From contig CM052816.1 in the NCBI GenBank assembly GCA_028534125.1, positions 30,134,001 to 30,198,000 on the forward strand: a DNA stretch of 64,000 nucleotides, in the 5' to 3' direction. The notes under the pieces were generated by a model. That model made no database searches. It was not told the DNA's origin and saw only the letters and a program-made list of their open reading frames with translations. Shown here one piece after another: positions 23,921 through 37,693 of this stretch. The first letter of the stretch is position 1. The number at the start of each line of letters is the position of its first letter. The position numbers were made by a program, and so were the translations under genes. This DNA comes from Lama glama (taxonomy: Eukaryota).

Positions 23921-26900
23921 CAGGACTTTAGTCACTTGAATTTGTTGCTAAAATTTTAAGTATGTTGACGTACTTGACTGGTTGGATGGTAGGTAAAGAA
24001 GTAATCATGGAAAGAAAGTGGACTATTCATCTATATGAGTAAATAAAACAGACATTTTTGTATCACAGGTGTCAGAGTTATTGTTCTTTAAGGGGCCACA
24101 TTTGAGCTAATCCTTTGAGGATATTAGATTCTGATTTGAGCCAGTCTCCCACACTCCTGAGCCTATAAAAAAGCCATTTTGCATCAGGAAACACTTATTA
24201 AATGAACAAAGCACAGCCACAAATGGGTGTAGAAGAAATGGGGAAAAAATAGATGTCAGCTATTGTAGGAAGGACTCCAAAACAAAGCAACACTGATATT
24301 AGGCAAATGGCAACTTGGATAGCCCGGCGTTTGTTGGAATTACCTGTCATTAATAGCTTCTTTCAGAATGTTTGAAATCTAGGGGTTTTTTAATGTAAAA
24401 ATATTTTCATAATTATATAATTAACTTAAGATGCAGCAGTCATAACTTACTCCTCATATTTCTCAGAAACCAGTATCTAAAATGCAAAACATTTCAAAAG
24501 ATCTAAAGCAAAATAAAAAAATATCTATCTGGTTTTGTTTGGCTGTCATAATGGCCTAAACTTTGTTTGAATTGGTTGTAATAGTTACTGTTGGAGAGAT
24601 TTCAGACTAAATACAGGTTTCTGTCTTGTCCTGAAAGAGCGCCTCACAGCACCAGAGCTGCGGCCAGCTGCCCCTGTGCGCGGGGCCTACCTCGGGGGGC
24701 CTGATGCACTTCCCAGCGCTCCCTGCTGTTCTTCCCACGCTGAGGTCAAGGGCCATTTATCTTTTTCTTGTTGCCCCTGCTCTGCTGTTTTCCTTACACC
24801 TGGGTCGTGTTGTTTTATCCTTCTGTATTACCTGCTTAATCCCTGTGGTCCTCTGTTCGCATCGTGACCAAAATTGGCATATCCATTTTTTATGTTTACT
24901 TTGTGTAAATACTCTATCATGCTTACCTTGTCTGTGTCTTTTCATTTAAGTCTCATTGAGGGTAAAGAGTACTCTTCAGTGTTACGTGCATTTTAAAGAA
25001 GGCGAGACTGGTCTTGGCAGAAGAACTTGTAGTGACATAAATACGGATGAATGTGCTTTGAGCATTGCCAGTGCTCTTCTCTAAACCTAGTGGATGCATA
25101 GTTTCATTAAGACAGGTTGAAGGGGCTTGAACTCCAGCATGCTTTCTATGAGATTTTTCCATGCTGGCTGAAAGACCCTGGGAGAAGAATTTTATTTGTT
25201 AGCATGGTCACGCATCTGTCTACCTAGCTGAGATGAGTGAAGTGCCCAGAGAACACGTTGTAGATTGCAGGACAGAGAGACTACTGAAGGACGTGGTTTG
25301 AAGTATGAATGGAAGTTTCATTGTCTCAATTAACCAGCTCATAGATGTTTACCCAGTAGCTCCTCTTCTCCAGCCCTGTTAGTTACATGCTCACTTCTAT
25401 GGTCTAATCAGAAGGGGGGTGTTTTATCCTTGATTTATGAGAGAAAAAGGAATGATTGAAATTATATTGTTTAATGTTATTAAACCAGAAATTCTGAATG
25501 ACCCAAGGACAAAGGTAATGATTCCATGGGACAGTTTTATTTCTCAAATCAGAGTTAGTTTTTATTTGCTGTTTGTTTTAGACTTCCCACAGTACTGTAC
25601 CTTCAGCGAAGATCCAGTTTTATTTTTCAAAAAAATAAGTTTTATTAGTTTTATAATCAAGGAGAGCTATCGTTTCATTTTTTTTAATTTATAAGTAAAA
25701 AAATCAAAATGAGCATCTAAGGAAGCTGATTTATTGGTTTAGTCAGTTATGACACAAATGGATAAGAACCAAAAGTTCGTGCTTCTGAGACAAAAACAAA
25801 ACCATGATCAAACCTAGCTGCAGTGCTGCCTCTTGCTCTGTGTTACTCCATGTTGGTCTGCTTGTTCTTGAAAATGTCATTGATGACTGCTACAAGGGAA
25901 CACCTCTATTCTAACTAGTCTCTTAGGTAGTCACCTTAATCTTGAGTTCATGTTACTCTTTTTTATCACTCTTCATTTACCTCCAAATTTATAGTTATCA
26001 GATTTATCGATGTGACCTAGAGGTGTGGTCATTACAAATGAAATCAGTGGTTATGGATGAGGCTGTTACCTGCTCTTTCTCTATAAAAATTCCCCTTCCA
26101 TCACTGATCTTACATTAATTTAGCTGTAAATATTAAATGTTGAAAAATTTCTCTGGCTACAGAAAAAAATAAAGATAGAATAACTGGCTTTTGACAGAAA
26201 TACACAGAAATATTTTCTAGTAGTAAAGTGAAAATAAATTGATTATCTCAAAAACAAACAAAACCTAGCATAAACAGAGATCAGGAAAAGAGTTGTTTAA
26301 GAAAAACAGTATAACGAGTATAAACAGAGAACCAAGGATGAGGGAGAGGATTAATATGGGTTTCTGTGATAATCCCAATGTTCTAATTTCAGGTTCTTTG
26401 AAATAGTGATAATTTTATTTCTCTTTCTTACTCTTACCTTACTCTTAACTGCGTTTCACTCTGATTGCAATGATGCTATTAGCATGTAAGGTTTAGGACC
26501 TAGGACTTCTCCAACATTATCTTGTCCTGTGGAGAGAGGAAACTGCAGTGAATTACAGCCTCTCCTCATATACACACACTACCCACGCATGGTGTTTGAT
26601 TTAATATTTCATAAAAATGTAGGACCAAGAAAAAGAATCTAGCATTTTGTTTGGTAAAGCATTATGCCTTCACATATGCATAATGACACTTGATAATTCT
26701 CATCTTAAGAAAGGGGAAACATTTGGAGGAGACCATCAAAAGAAAAAAAAATCTTAAGTTGGATTACCCTATTCTTAAGGACAATATAAACAATTCACTG
26801 TAGACATCTACAAAATAGTTGAGCATTTAGAGAAACTAATCAGGGTTTCATCTGGTCTAAATAATACCAAACAATCATTAATATGCAGCTAATCACCAGC

Positions 26901-27172
26901 ATGTGGAGTCCATCGACTCCAGTGTATTTCCTTTACTCAGTCTTGATCCTCTCATATCCTGTAGGCACTTACTCTGGGCGTCAGATTTAGGTAAAATCCC
27001 AGTAGGAATTTAATTTATGCCATAAGAGGGCACAATTCTGTACAATATACGATATAAAAAAGATAATATTTTTGCATTTTGTAACCTGAGGGACAAAAGT
27101 TCCAGTGCTTAGTGATTGTGTTGTGTGACCCCAGGGGGTTTCTGTTCATGCTGCATCTTACTTAGACTAGAG

Positions 27173-27551
27173 CAGCGTTTCCCAGCCTATTGTCATTTTG
27201 TAGGGAGAAGTTAGACTCAGGGAGAATGAGGGACCACTTAGGATGAATGTTCAAGAAATCTTTTTAATAAGGATCCTTTGGGGATTATTCTCAAAGACAA
27301 AAAAATCGCTGCTGTTTCAAAAATGTATGAAAATTAAACACTACATAATCTCAGAACCAAGTGGTCAGAGGTCCTCAATACTGTTAAGAATTAGGGCATT
27401 GTTTAACGTAAAAAACAAAAGAAACTGTAATCTACGTAAAAGGAGTCATAATTTAAGTATTCATTAATTGAAATTTTTACTTTATCAATCATTAATGTAT
27501 CTTGTGGTCTGGTCTGCCAGATGTTCAGGTTTTGCAGGTTGGGAATCACTG
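27173..27551. mobile_element. hAT-Charlie-type MITE
   Basis: Imperfect terminal inverted repeats cagcgtttcccagcct ... aggttgggaatcactg (13/16 match); family not assigned. Confidence 0.65.
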
Positions 27552-27859
27552 AGATAAAATGTCAGATTAAGGCAGGGGACCTTTCACAGACAGATTTTGT
27601 TTTATTTTTTACTGCAAAGAAAATAGAGAAAATTCCTATATAATGCTACTTAATGGATTAAGAAAGCATGTGAAGTAGAACATATTGAAAACTTTAGCTG
27701 CAAATTCATCAGGTCTTATCCAAGAGTAAGTACCAGTTTTTAAAAAGAAACAATAGCAATTGATGTAAGATGAGTTTCATGCTGGAGAATACAGTTCCTG
27801 CAACACTTGTACAAGGGGAGCAATGACTAGTAGTTAAATAAGATAGAAATTGCCAGCTT

Positions 27860-29200
27860 CACTAAACTTTTACAAATGTTCATTGTGGTAATTTTCAAAC
27901 CAAGGTAGAAAATAGCACAATAAACTACCATGTGTACATCATCTAGCTTTAACAGTTATCAGTGTTTTGCAATGTTGTTTCATCTATCTTCCCACTTTTT
28001 TCTAAATTATTAAAAACAAATTGCAGATTTGATAAATTCTTCAGAATGTTACTAATGATTAATGATTTCTTAAATGCATTGCCATTATCATAACATAATA
28101 TCTAATAAGCAGTCCATGTTCAGTTTGCCTAATTACCTAAAGCATGTCCTTCTACTATTCTAATCAAAATCTGGACAAAGTCCATATATTACACTTCCTC
28201 AGTGTTTATAATTTTTTGTTCTCTTCGGCAGTTTCTCCTCTCCTTTTTTTCCCCTTGCCATTTATCTGTTGAAAAAGAAATTAGATCTGGAAGAATTTTT
28301 CACATTCTGGATTTGCCTGGGTGTTCCTTCGTGGCATCATTTACTGTTTTATTTTTTTCATACATTCCCCGTATTTCCTGTAAAGGGTCAATCCAAAGTA
28401 TTAATTTGATTAGGTTCTCTCTCTCTCTGTCCCACCTCTTTTTGTAAGCAGAAAAACTTCAAAAGGTACTTTAGGAGATGTTTTGAACTTTCTAGTGCAT
28501 CACATGGTGAGGAAACCCCATTTGTGATGCTCAGACACTCCAGCAGCTCCGTGCTCTCAGCCTCATATATCTATTATAGGGTTTCTCATCAGCCTTTCAC
28601 CTAATGAGTACCCATTAATAATCATTGCCAAGATCTTTTCTTTCCTTAGAGGTTACAGCATGGTGATTTTAATTTTATTATTCCTGCTGCATTTATAGCT
28701 GAAATTTCTTTGCAAAGAATTACTTTCCTTCATATTGTTAACTTAATGTTGTTAACTTAAAATACAGTTTATATAAATAGTAGAATAAATATTTAGCTAT
28801 TAATTTGCAGCATAATGAGTTAATATTTTAACAACTTTAAAGTTGACCAGTGATTTAAAAAAAATTTTAGTGTACTCTAATCAGTTTCAGACACCTTTAT
28901 TTCTGGTGCTCAAATTACCAATTTTTGGGCCAGTAGGAGCTTGTTGGCTCTTGTACCTTTATTTTGTATGACTCCAACAACGTTGGAAATCTTTTTTGTT
29001 TTGGGGCACAAAATATTCCAGCCTCATTTTTAATATTCTTAGGTCTGGAATCACCCATTTTAATCAAACAGCCGTTGTTTTTTTTAGTAAGAAACAACAG
29101 CTTGATTTGAAAGTGAGGATTCATTTCAGATTTACCCATTGCTTCTAAATGATCATTTATTTTAATCTTGTTTAGTGGACAGGATTTGAAATCCAAAGTT
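27860..29200 (-). mobile_element. Old L1 (L1MC/L1ME-like) 3' region
   Basis: 'aattttcaaaccaaggtagaaaatagcacaataaactaccatgtgtacatcatctagctttaacagttatc...ggtgctcaaattaccaatttttgggccagtaggagc'. Confidence 0.75.
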
Positions 29201-29210
29201 ATTTATAATA

Positions 29211-29528
29211 CAGTCCACCCTTGTCCACAGTTTCATTTTTTATGGCTTTATTTACCCGTGGTCAAATATGGTCTGAACATATTAAATGGAAAGTTACAGA
29301 AGTAAACAATTGATAAGTTTTAAGTTGCGTGATATGCTAAATAGCATGATGAAATCTTACGCTGCCCTACATGGAATGTGAGTCATCCCTTTGTCCAGCG
29401 TACTCATGCTGTATAGACTACTCATTCATTAGTATCCAGAAAAATGTTGTATATCTAGGGTTCAGTTCTATCTGTGGTTTCAGAAGTCCACTTGGAACCT
29501 ATCTCCCACATATAAAGGGTGACTACGT
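29211..29528 (+). mobile_element. Tigger-derived MITE (MER44A-like)
   Basis: Collinear with MER44A: 'atattaaatggaaagttacagaagtaaacaattgataagttttaagttgcg...tcatccctttgtccagcgta...gggttcagttctatctgtggtttcag'; TA dinucleotides at both ends. Confidence 0.85.
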
Positions 29529-29531
29529 ATA

Positions 29532-30020
29532 TGTTGCCAAAACTAGGCCTCTGTACCCCACTTACCAAATCGAGACTTGAGGAAAGAGTTTTGGATGAAG
29601 TAGAAAAGATGGTTTTATTTCTTTGCCAGGCAAAGGAGGTCACAGTGGGCTAAGGCCTCCAAGACTGTGAGCCTACTGGGGAGAGAAAGCAGGGGTTTAT
29701 AGTAACAGTTCAAGAGTCCAATAAGCTGTGCTAGTTTCCATAGAGATCACATACAGGGTAACAAACTGTTGCAAAGTTGTTCTTGTTTTTGGAGATGCTG
29801 AAGGTCTCCTTCTTTTTGCTCGGTATGACGTTCACCTCCGTCTTTGGAACTCTTCTAATATTCTTGTGCCTAGAACAAAGGATGCTTAGGAAGGGGGTCT
29901 GTGAAAAAGTGCTCTAGAGAAAAACTTGTGCAGTTTGAAGTCATGTTGATAAATGCTTCTAGCATTTTAGGCAGGATGAGGCCTGGGGCAGCTTGCTGCA
30001 GCCTGGGACCTGCACCTAAA
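29532..30020 (-). mobile_element. ERV1-type LTR
   Basis: Starts TGTTGCCAAAAC (LTR terminus on minus strand); 'ttttatt' is an antisense polyA signal; resembles artiodactyl ERV1 LTRs; right boundary uncertain. Confidence 0.7.
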
Positions 30021-30590
30021 ACAACAGAATACCAAGAAACCACAAGGGACTAAAAATAACTGCAGACATGTATAGTTAGAGTTAGTTATGAACAACAAGA
30101 TGAACAAAATATCCACTGCCATTTCTTTTGTTTTTTTCTTATTTTTTTTTATTGAAGTGTAGTTGATTTACAATTGAATGTAGGTCCTTGTTGTTTATCT
30201 ATTTTATATATAGGGATCTATCTGTTCATTCCAAACTCCTAATCTATCCCTCCCCTGCCCACCCCTTCTACCCCCCCCATAATCACAGATTGTTTTCTAT
30301 GTCTGTGAGTCTATTTCTGGTTTGTAAATAAAATTTGTATTTTTTTTAAGATTCTACATGTAAGCAAGATCATATGATAATTTGTCTTTCTCCGACTTAC
30401 TTAATATGATAATCTCTAGGTCTACCCATGTTGCTGCAAATGGCATTATTTCATTCTTGAGGTGTTGGGAGCAAAGGCAGGGTACTGAGAGCAAAGGCAG
30501 GGTACTGAGCATGATCCTCATATGCAGCACCATGAGGGGGTTGAGTGAACCATCCAACACTCCTTCCTCTTCAGCTCAACCCTTGTTGGC
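30021..30590 (+). mobile_element. ERV1-type LTR fragment split by an L1 3' end
   Basis: 'aacagaataccaagaaacc...ctaaaaataactgc...ccactgccatttct' resumes after the L1 as 'tgaggtgttgggagcaaaggcagggtactgagcatg...gcaccatgagggg'. Confidence 0.65.
30126..30457 (-). mobile_element. Short 5'-truncated L1 3' end
   Basis: Poly-T then 'ttattgaagtgtagttgatttacaat'; ends 'ccatgttgctgcaaatggcattatttcattc'; minus ORF gives KNEIMPFAATWVDLEIIILS, an L1 3'-end peptide. Confidence 0.93.
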
Positions 30591-30769
30591 AAAAGCATGA
30601 GAAAAGCCATTTAAACTATTATACAGTTAAAATGCCATATGCAGTTAGAAATACCATATGATCACCAATTACAGTAGGTTCCTGCTCATTTACTTATAGA
30701 ACAAATACTTGAGTTGATAGGAATTGTGGTAATTCAGATTTCAGATATTCAGATAGTAGAATACTTAAC

Positions 30770-32750
30770 TTTGATTTTATATTCAGATCTTTTTCTTTTA
30801 GTCTGAAAATCTTGGTTCCTAGTGGCATTAACATAATTACTTGGTTCTTTTATCCTACAGTGTGCCCATAATAGTTTGAAAATAACAATGCCAGCATTTC
30901 TACTAATAATAAGACCACTAATTATAATTTAAGATTTCTTCCTCATTCTTCTTGTTCTAAGGATATAGCCCACAAGAACTATATAATAAAAACATTTTAT
31001 TTTTAATCTCTCAACATAATTTCTTTAGATGGTTGTTCCACAACTTAACATAGAGTTAAACTCATTTGCTTCAATTTTTTTTTCAAACTACAGGCATTTT
31101 TTTTTGTTATTTAACTTTGCTTTTGTTAATTAGTTATGTAAAACATTTACAGTTCTCCAAAGTAAAAACTCAAAACAGAAGTACAACTTTCATCCCTATC
31201 CTTGCTCCTCTTATATGTAACACTTTTGGGCAGTTTTTGGTACATTTTTCTGTCTTTTAAAGTAATACATATATATATATACAAACACATGAATACATAA
31301 ATACATATAAATTACATATGTGTGTATGTGACTCAATAACCACACATGTAGGTGTTTTTATACCTACACACATACTCACACATATACTTATATCTCCTTT
31401 TTTTTTACACAAAAAGTAACATACTATAAAAAGTGTTCGAAATTTTTTTTTTTACCTAACAATTTGTCTTGGTGATCAATGTATAACAGTAGAGCGAGAT
31501 TGTCCTCATTCATTTTTGTAGCTGCAGAGTACTCCATTAGTGTTTATTCAAGAAGTCTCCTAATTATGGACATTGATTTCCCCCCAGTATTTTCTTAGTA
31601 CAAATATTGTTGCAATGAATGATCTTTGTGTATGACATTTTCTACTATTGTCAATGTATTTTTAAGAAGGTTCCTAGTAGTGGATTGTATATAGTAGGGT
31701 AATTGTATATAAAATTTTGCTAGACATAGAAGTCCCTTGGGTTGTGTCATTTCACATTCCCATGAGCCGTATATCAGAGTCCCTGATTCCCTGCAGGACT
31801 ACCCCATGTACGATGTTAAATTTTAGATTGCCAATTGAATTGGTGAGAAATCATCTGAGAATAGGTTTAATTTGCGTTTTTTTAATTTGCATAAGGATGA
31901 ACATCTTTTTTTTAATACAAAATGTCTTTGGAGCTTTTGGTCTTTTTTCCTTAAGTATTGAATGTTCTTTTTATTTCCTAGGGCATTAGACTTATCTGTG
32001 ATATCTTACTGATACTGTATTTTTCAGTTTGTAGTCTTTTTATTCTTATGGGAGGTGTGTGTATTTGCTATGCAGACATTATTTTTTAAAGGATAGAAAT
32101 TTACTAGTCTCTTCTCTATATTGCTTCTAGACATTGATCATAAATAACAAAGTGTTCTCTAGGCTGGATTATAAAGAAATTTACTCATTTTATTCTAAAA
32201 CATGTATGGTTTATATTTTTTTACATTTTAATTTCTGATGCATTTGAAATTTATCCTGATGTTGATGTAAGGAATTATCCAAATATACACTATTTCCATA
32301 TGATGATACAATATTATCAGCACCAATTTGAGATACTGTGTTTATTATATTTTAAACTTTGCTTTGCACTAAGATTCATTTCTGGATTTTTTGTTCTGAT
32401 TCACTAGTAAGTAAGTCTTGTCATTCATGTGCTGATACTATATAGTTTAATTACAGAAGCTTTATAATATATTTTAATATCTGGAAGAAGTAGCCTCCCT
32501 CACTACTTAGGATTTCTCTGGCTATTGTTTGATTGTTTTTCCATACACATTTTAAAATTAACTCGTGTAAGTTTAGAAGCAATTCTTACAGTATTTTTTT
32601 TTATTGAGATTGTATTAAATTTATGAAGTTACCTTAGAGAAAATTTTATTCTTTGTAATATTTTTTCCTAAGAACATGGACTGTGTTTTCCTTCTTTAAG
32701 TCTATTTTTGTGTTTTTTTTAGGAATGTTTTACAAAAACAAATTATTTTA
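30770..32750 (-). mobile_element. Old L1 (L1MC/L1ME-like) fragments
   Basis: 'tacaaatattgttgcaatgaat...ggttcctagtagtggattg...ttgccaattgaattggtgagaaatcatctg...ttattgagattgtattaaatttat'. Confidence 0.75.
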
Positions 32751-35430
32751 AGTAAAGCATTTAACATGTTATTATAGCCATATTTCCTTAGTTATATTGA
32801 CAAGTGAGCTACATTTTCTAACTTGAAATATTCACATTGTTTGATAGGTTTCTATTGAAACATATCATGTTAAGTAAGTTTCTATTGAAAAATACTGAAG
32901 AAACCTGTCCTTCATTACTTCATGAATGATTTTTTCTGTCCATCCTATTGATCAAATAGCTTTAAATGAGGCTGATAATATTTCTATTTGAATATCCTGT
33001 GTAGCATATTTACCCCACAGTAAAATTAGACCTCTACTCATAAATGCATATGTACATATAAGGTGGTCTTAGGGTCAGGTTAATTTAGCTCTTTATTGCC
33101 ATCTCCTTATTTCAATTTGGCTACGTGTACAATTAAATACAAGTAGATATGAATTATCTGCTCATTAAAATACATCAGAACCTGAGGAAAAAATATTATT
33201 TACTTTCACTGTCTTCGCCTTGTCTTTGTGTTTGCAAGATCCTCTTTATTATTTTCATCAAGTTAAAGCAATTGAATATTTAATAAAGTGAAATGTCAGT
33301 TCATACAAAAGAAAAAAATCTACCTGAAGCATGTGCATGCCTTGTGGTTGGACTCCTTTATTTAATGTGTAACAGAACTATCTTTGCCCCTTTGGGGCCC
33401 TAGGTTAGAAGAACCTCAAAGGCAGCCTTGTGTGCATCAGGTCTCAAGTGGGAACGATGCCTTGCTATCTGTGGGCATCCGGCGGTGGAGGGGAGTGTTT
33501 CTTGTTTGACATATACACAGCGGGGAGAACGCTGCCACCATTTTGTAGGCAAGACCAGGGAAGCAAGTGTCTTGCTATGAAGACAGAGTCCTCCTGGTGG
33601 AGAACTGGATTGCCCACGTTCTGGGTGAGGTGTTGGAAATCTCCCAGGACATCTGGATTCCTTGTTTTTGTGTTCTGTGGTTAGGACTCCATTAATTATT
33701 CATTCAGAATTCCCACTGAATTTGGATTCCTATTGAGGGAGGGTATGATTAGAGTCAGACCAGTTGCTTATTTCTCACGTTACTAATGTGTGACCAGGAG
33801 CAGAGTTGTGGGCCTTTTTCGAGTAGAACCCATAAATCGATAAACACTATGTAGTATGCCAGAAAATATGAAGTTCTGTTTGTGAAGGTCTGTTTTCCTA
33901 TGCTGAATTCTTCTGTCTTCTGGTGCTGGACTTTCAGATTGAATAGAAGTTACTCTAGTTAGGTTTTCCCCAATGCATCTTCCTGGGGAAGAAAAAAAGG
34001 CATAATCAAGGGAAACTGAGACACTGGCAGGACTTTATCATTTCCAGTTCTCACAATGCAGTCATTACACAGTGGAAATACGTGCTTCCCTTAACAATGC
34101 CAAATGGTATTTCACTGTTGCTACGAGATTGCACTTTGAGCACCCTTACTTTACTAGACGGTCCTTGATATTTGATCCATGGTGTGGCAAAATTATTCTC
34201 CCTTTTCTGAAAAGGAATATTTTATCTAAGTTTATGCTTTGGCTCTAACTCCTGAAATGAATGCTTCTCTTCGAGGTACCATTTCTGGAAATAAGGTCAT
34301 GAAACTTCTATTGAGAGAGAGGGGGTCTTATTATTTTAATGGTAATGCTTGGCAAGATGTTCTTTCACAAATAAATTTAATTGTTATCATATGTACTGGC
34401 TTAGGGAAAAACAAACAGTAAAAACGAAAAGAAAATAGTAGGTAATCATTTAACTCTTCTAAAAGGAAAGAGATGTTAACTTCAAAGGTAATCGGATTCA
34501 TTGAATATGTAACAAAATAGAAAACAAATGTAGGAAGATTAATGCTGATTATCAGCAGAAATTTTTTCTCTTAAATTCCAGCCACCGGAGCCGTTCCTAA
34601 CTCAAAGGCCTTTAGCCCTGTAAGTCACTACGGCGGTCCTGCTTAAATATGTCAGCAGTGGGCACAGGAAACAAGAGCTGGCAGTTCTCCCACCTGTTAT
34701 AAAAAGACGGAAGCCCATCGTGAATGAGCGCACACAGCACTACAGTTGCCATCTGCATAGCTTCCAACCCTCTTGTGTTTTATAGCCGTATTCTGCCAAA
34801 ACCCCAGCAAGCCAAAACAGGAATAAAACCCCCAATCTGAAAGAGAGAATAAGGCAAATAATAAAATCATCCCGACAGCAGAGGAGTATAATTGCAGAAA
34901 ATCAGACTGAAATAACAAAACTGTCAGGCAGGGTTGGGAGAGCTAGGAAATGCCTCCAAAAGAAGATCTGGAGGAAAAACGAAGGCCGAGGATAATATGA
35001 ACCATTGTTCAGTTGAAATGTTTTGCCAAGCGAGTATGCTGGCTGGTAAGAAAATATTACGCCTTTCCAGAAAATGTTACTTCTTTCTTGTTTCTAATAT
35101 TCTAGCTATGTTGGTCTGAGATAAAGCAGACTTTTATGTCTTGGAACTGTTGGGTCCCATTTTATTTTCATAAAAGGATAGACTTCCAAGAGAGATTCAG
35201 ACGAAGTCAGGGTTTAATAGCTCTTGATTTGTCACTTGGGATATATTAAAAGTTAGAAGCCAAATAAACACAGCTTTGCAACATTTAAAGGTAATAATCT
35301 TCGGGACATTTTTAAGCAGTTGCTAAGGGGATGTTGACTTGGATTTTACATAGGTTAGTAGTAGTGCAACTCTAGCAACCAAAATATATCAAGCTCTTCC
35401 AATTTATATTGGTAAATTAGGAAGAAACAG

Positions 35431-35455
35431 GTGTGTATGTATGTGTGTGTATATA

Positions 35456-35500
<45 letters not shown>
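35431..35500. repeat. (TG)n(TA)n compound microsatellite
   Basis: Seen directly in sequence. Confidence 0.95.
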
Positions 35501-35506
<6 letters not shown>

Positions 35507-36714
35507 TTTGAAGTAATCTACTCTTCATGTGAGGAATAAAAAGGATAATTTAAATGAACTCCTGTTCTAGGCTGTAGGCAGTCTCTGTCCCCATTCCCAC
35601 CCCCTCCTCACATTCACAGTTGTACCCTAAAAGCAATAGTAAATATCTCTCCCATTTCCCTAAAAAATGGAAGATAAAAGCATGAAAGTAAGATATTTGC
35701 CAGAATGGCAGATTAAAAATGCGTGTGTATATATCTTTTATGAAATACTCAGTTTTTGCTGTCTTTTCCCATCTCTGGCTGAGGCATTTCTTTTTCCAAA
35801 ACCCAGTTAAAGATAATAAGAGACAATTAGGTTTTCTATCCAGTTAATAATTGCACTGCAGGGCAGAGTCCTGCAGAAATTATCCCGGCTAATGGCCATC
35901 CAGCACTGGAGGCACGTCCGTATTTTATCACTAGCCCCTGAGATCTGAACATCCCTTCTGCTCAGTGCTCAAAGCCTATAGACAAGCCTTGTTCTCTTCG
36001 TCTTTGGGAAGTGGCACCAGACCTGCGGAGAGTGGGCACACAGTACACTGTACATTGAGACTGGAGGAGATGGGTAAGCTTTGCAGTACTAGAAAACACA
36101 ATGGCTTTCCTAGTTCAGAGTTCTTGAGAACAGGGGCAGTTTGCTTCGTATGTTAGCCCATCAAGAAGCATGCAAATAAGGAGTGGGGAGAAATGCATTC
36201 TTAGGGACAAAAAGAATATCAAAGAGAAGAAAGCTATGGGGAACTATTACTTAACTTTCACCAGGCAAGCGACAGAGGGGGATTCATGTTTTTCCTGGGC
36301 ACCCTTGACACCTTCTAGAAAAGCAGGCTGGGATCTTTATGTTCCTGATTATATATTCAGGGTGCCCAGGGTCTACAGGTAAAATGGAGGAGCAAGACAG
36401 TTGAGTCTGGACTTTGTCTAAGGACAGTGACAAGTCCTTCGTGGTAGAAGCATCTCTTAGCTGTTTTCTCCAGGCAGCAGTGTGCTGGCTACCACTTGGA
36501 CTAGAAAAGTCCTTGTTTGAAAGCAGATTTGTGGAGAACAGGGACCCACAGTTTGGTCCCAGTGAGGATGGACTCAGGGTACCCCATGGGTACTGAGGAG
36601 AGCAGGAAGTAGGAAGCTGGAAAGATTATTGCAGATCAACATAGAAGCTCACTATTGCCCAGCCCAGCCCAGGAGCCCAAGAGGCTCCTTACAGACAGTG
36701 ACTATATCTTAGAC

Positions 36715-36990
36715 CTCTTTATTTCACTGGTTTTACCTACAGTCTTTGATATACAGTAGTGCTCAATAAACGGTATTTGAATAAATGAATATCCTAGTAT
36801 AATGTGGTTTTGAAGTCATTTAAACTAGGTTTGAAGGCTGACTCTGCTCTTTATTAGGTGTGTAACCTTGGGCAAGTTAATTACCATTTCTGAACCTCAG
36901 TTTCCACATCTATAAAATTATAATAATAATGCTCAGATTTCTGTGAATATTAAACAGGAGTGTCTATTGGAAATATCTAGCATGGTGCGT
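36715..36990 (+). mobile_element. L2 3' end followed by MIR
   Basis: 'cagtagtgctcaataaacggtatttgaataaatgaat' then 'gtgtaaccttgggcaagttaattaccatttctgaacctcagtttccacatctataaaat'. Confidence 0.85.
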
Positions 36991-37693
36991 GTACTTGTCT
37001 CTCTTCCATCTTTTCTTCCTGTGCTAACTCCTTTCCTTGAAATACCTTGCTGTCTTTGCTTTCTCATTCATTTGCCAAGACTGATCTCAAGCACAATCTT
37101 TTCTGTGAAGATTTTTCTACTTTCCTGCTCTTTCCCTCTCCTCCCACCTAGTTGGGTATAAACTTTACTTTAAGCCCATGTACTGTTTTATTTGTTTTGT
37201 GATCATAATTCAAAGTCAGTGTGGCTGTGTTTTATTCAATGACTCATATTTGGGGGGTGGGTTGCATTTTTTCTTATTGAAATGTCTTTTCCATATGAGA
37301 CATATATAAGCAAAAATAGCAAAGTAAAACCATTGCTTGGTTGGCAGAAGAAAAATGTGATCTGGAAAAACGTTTTCTATGATTGGGAATCCCTGCGTCC
37401 AAAATAAGTCAGTTTGCTATCCGAGATGAACTAGTACAATGATCAGTTTAAAAAGGTTGGCATTAATAATGATTTTTTTTCTGCTCTCTACCTGGAACTT
37501 ATGTCAATAACTCTTTGCAATGTGTATCATTTGAAAAGTGACAAGAAACAAGATTCTCTATGAAAAAATGTTATTTAAATGTGCAAATAAGAGGAATAGA
37601 TGGAGTTTCGAGTCCAATGGATGAGTCAACTTGATCCTCCTTTTTTTGGCTAGCATTAAATATGTTTTAAGATGATACTCTAACGGATTTTCT

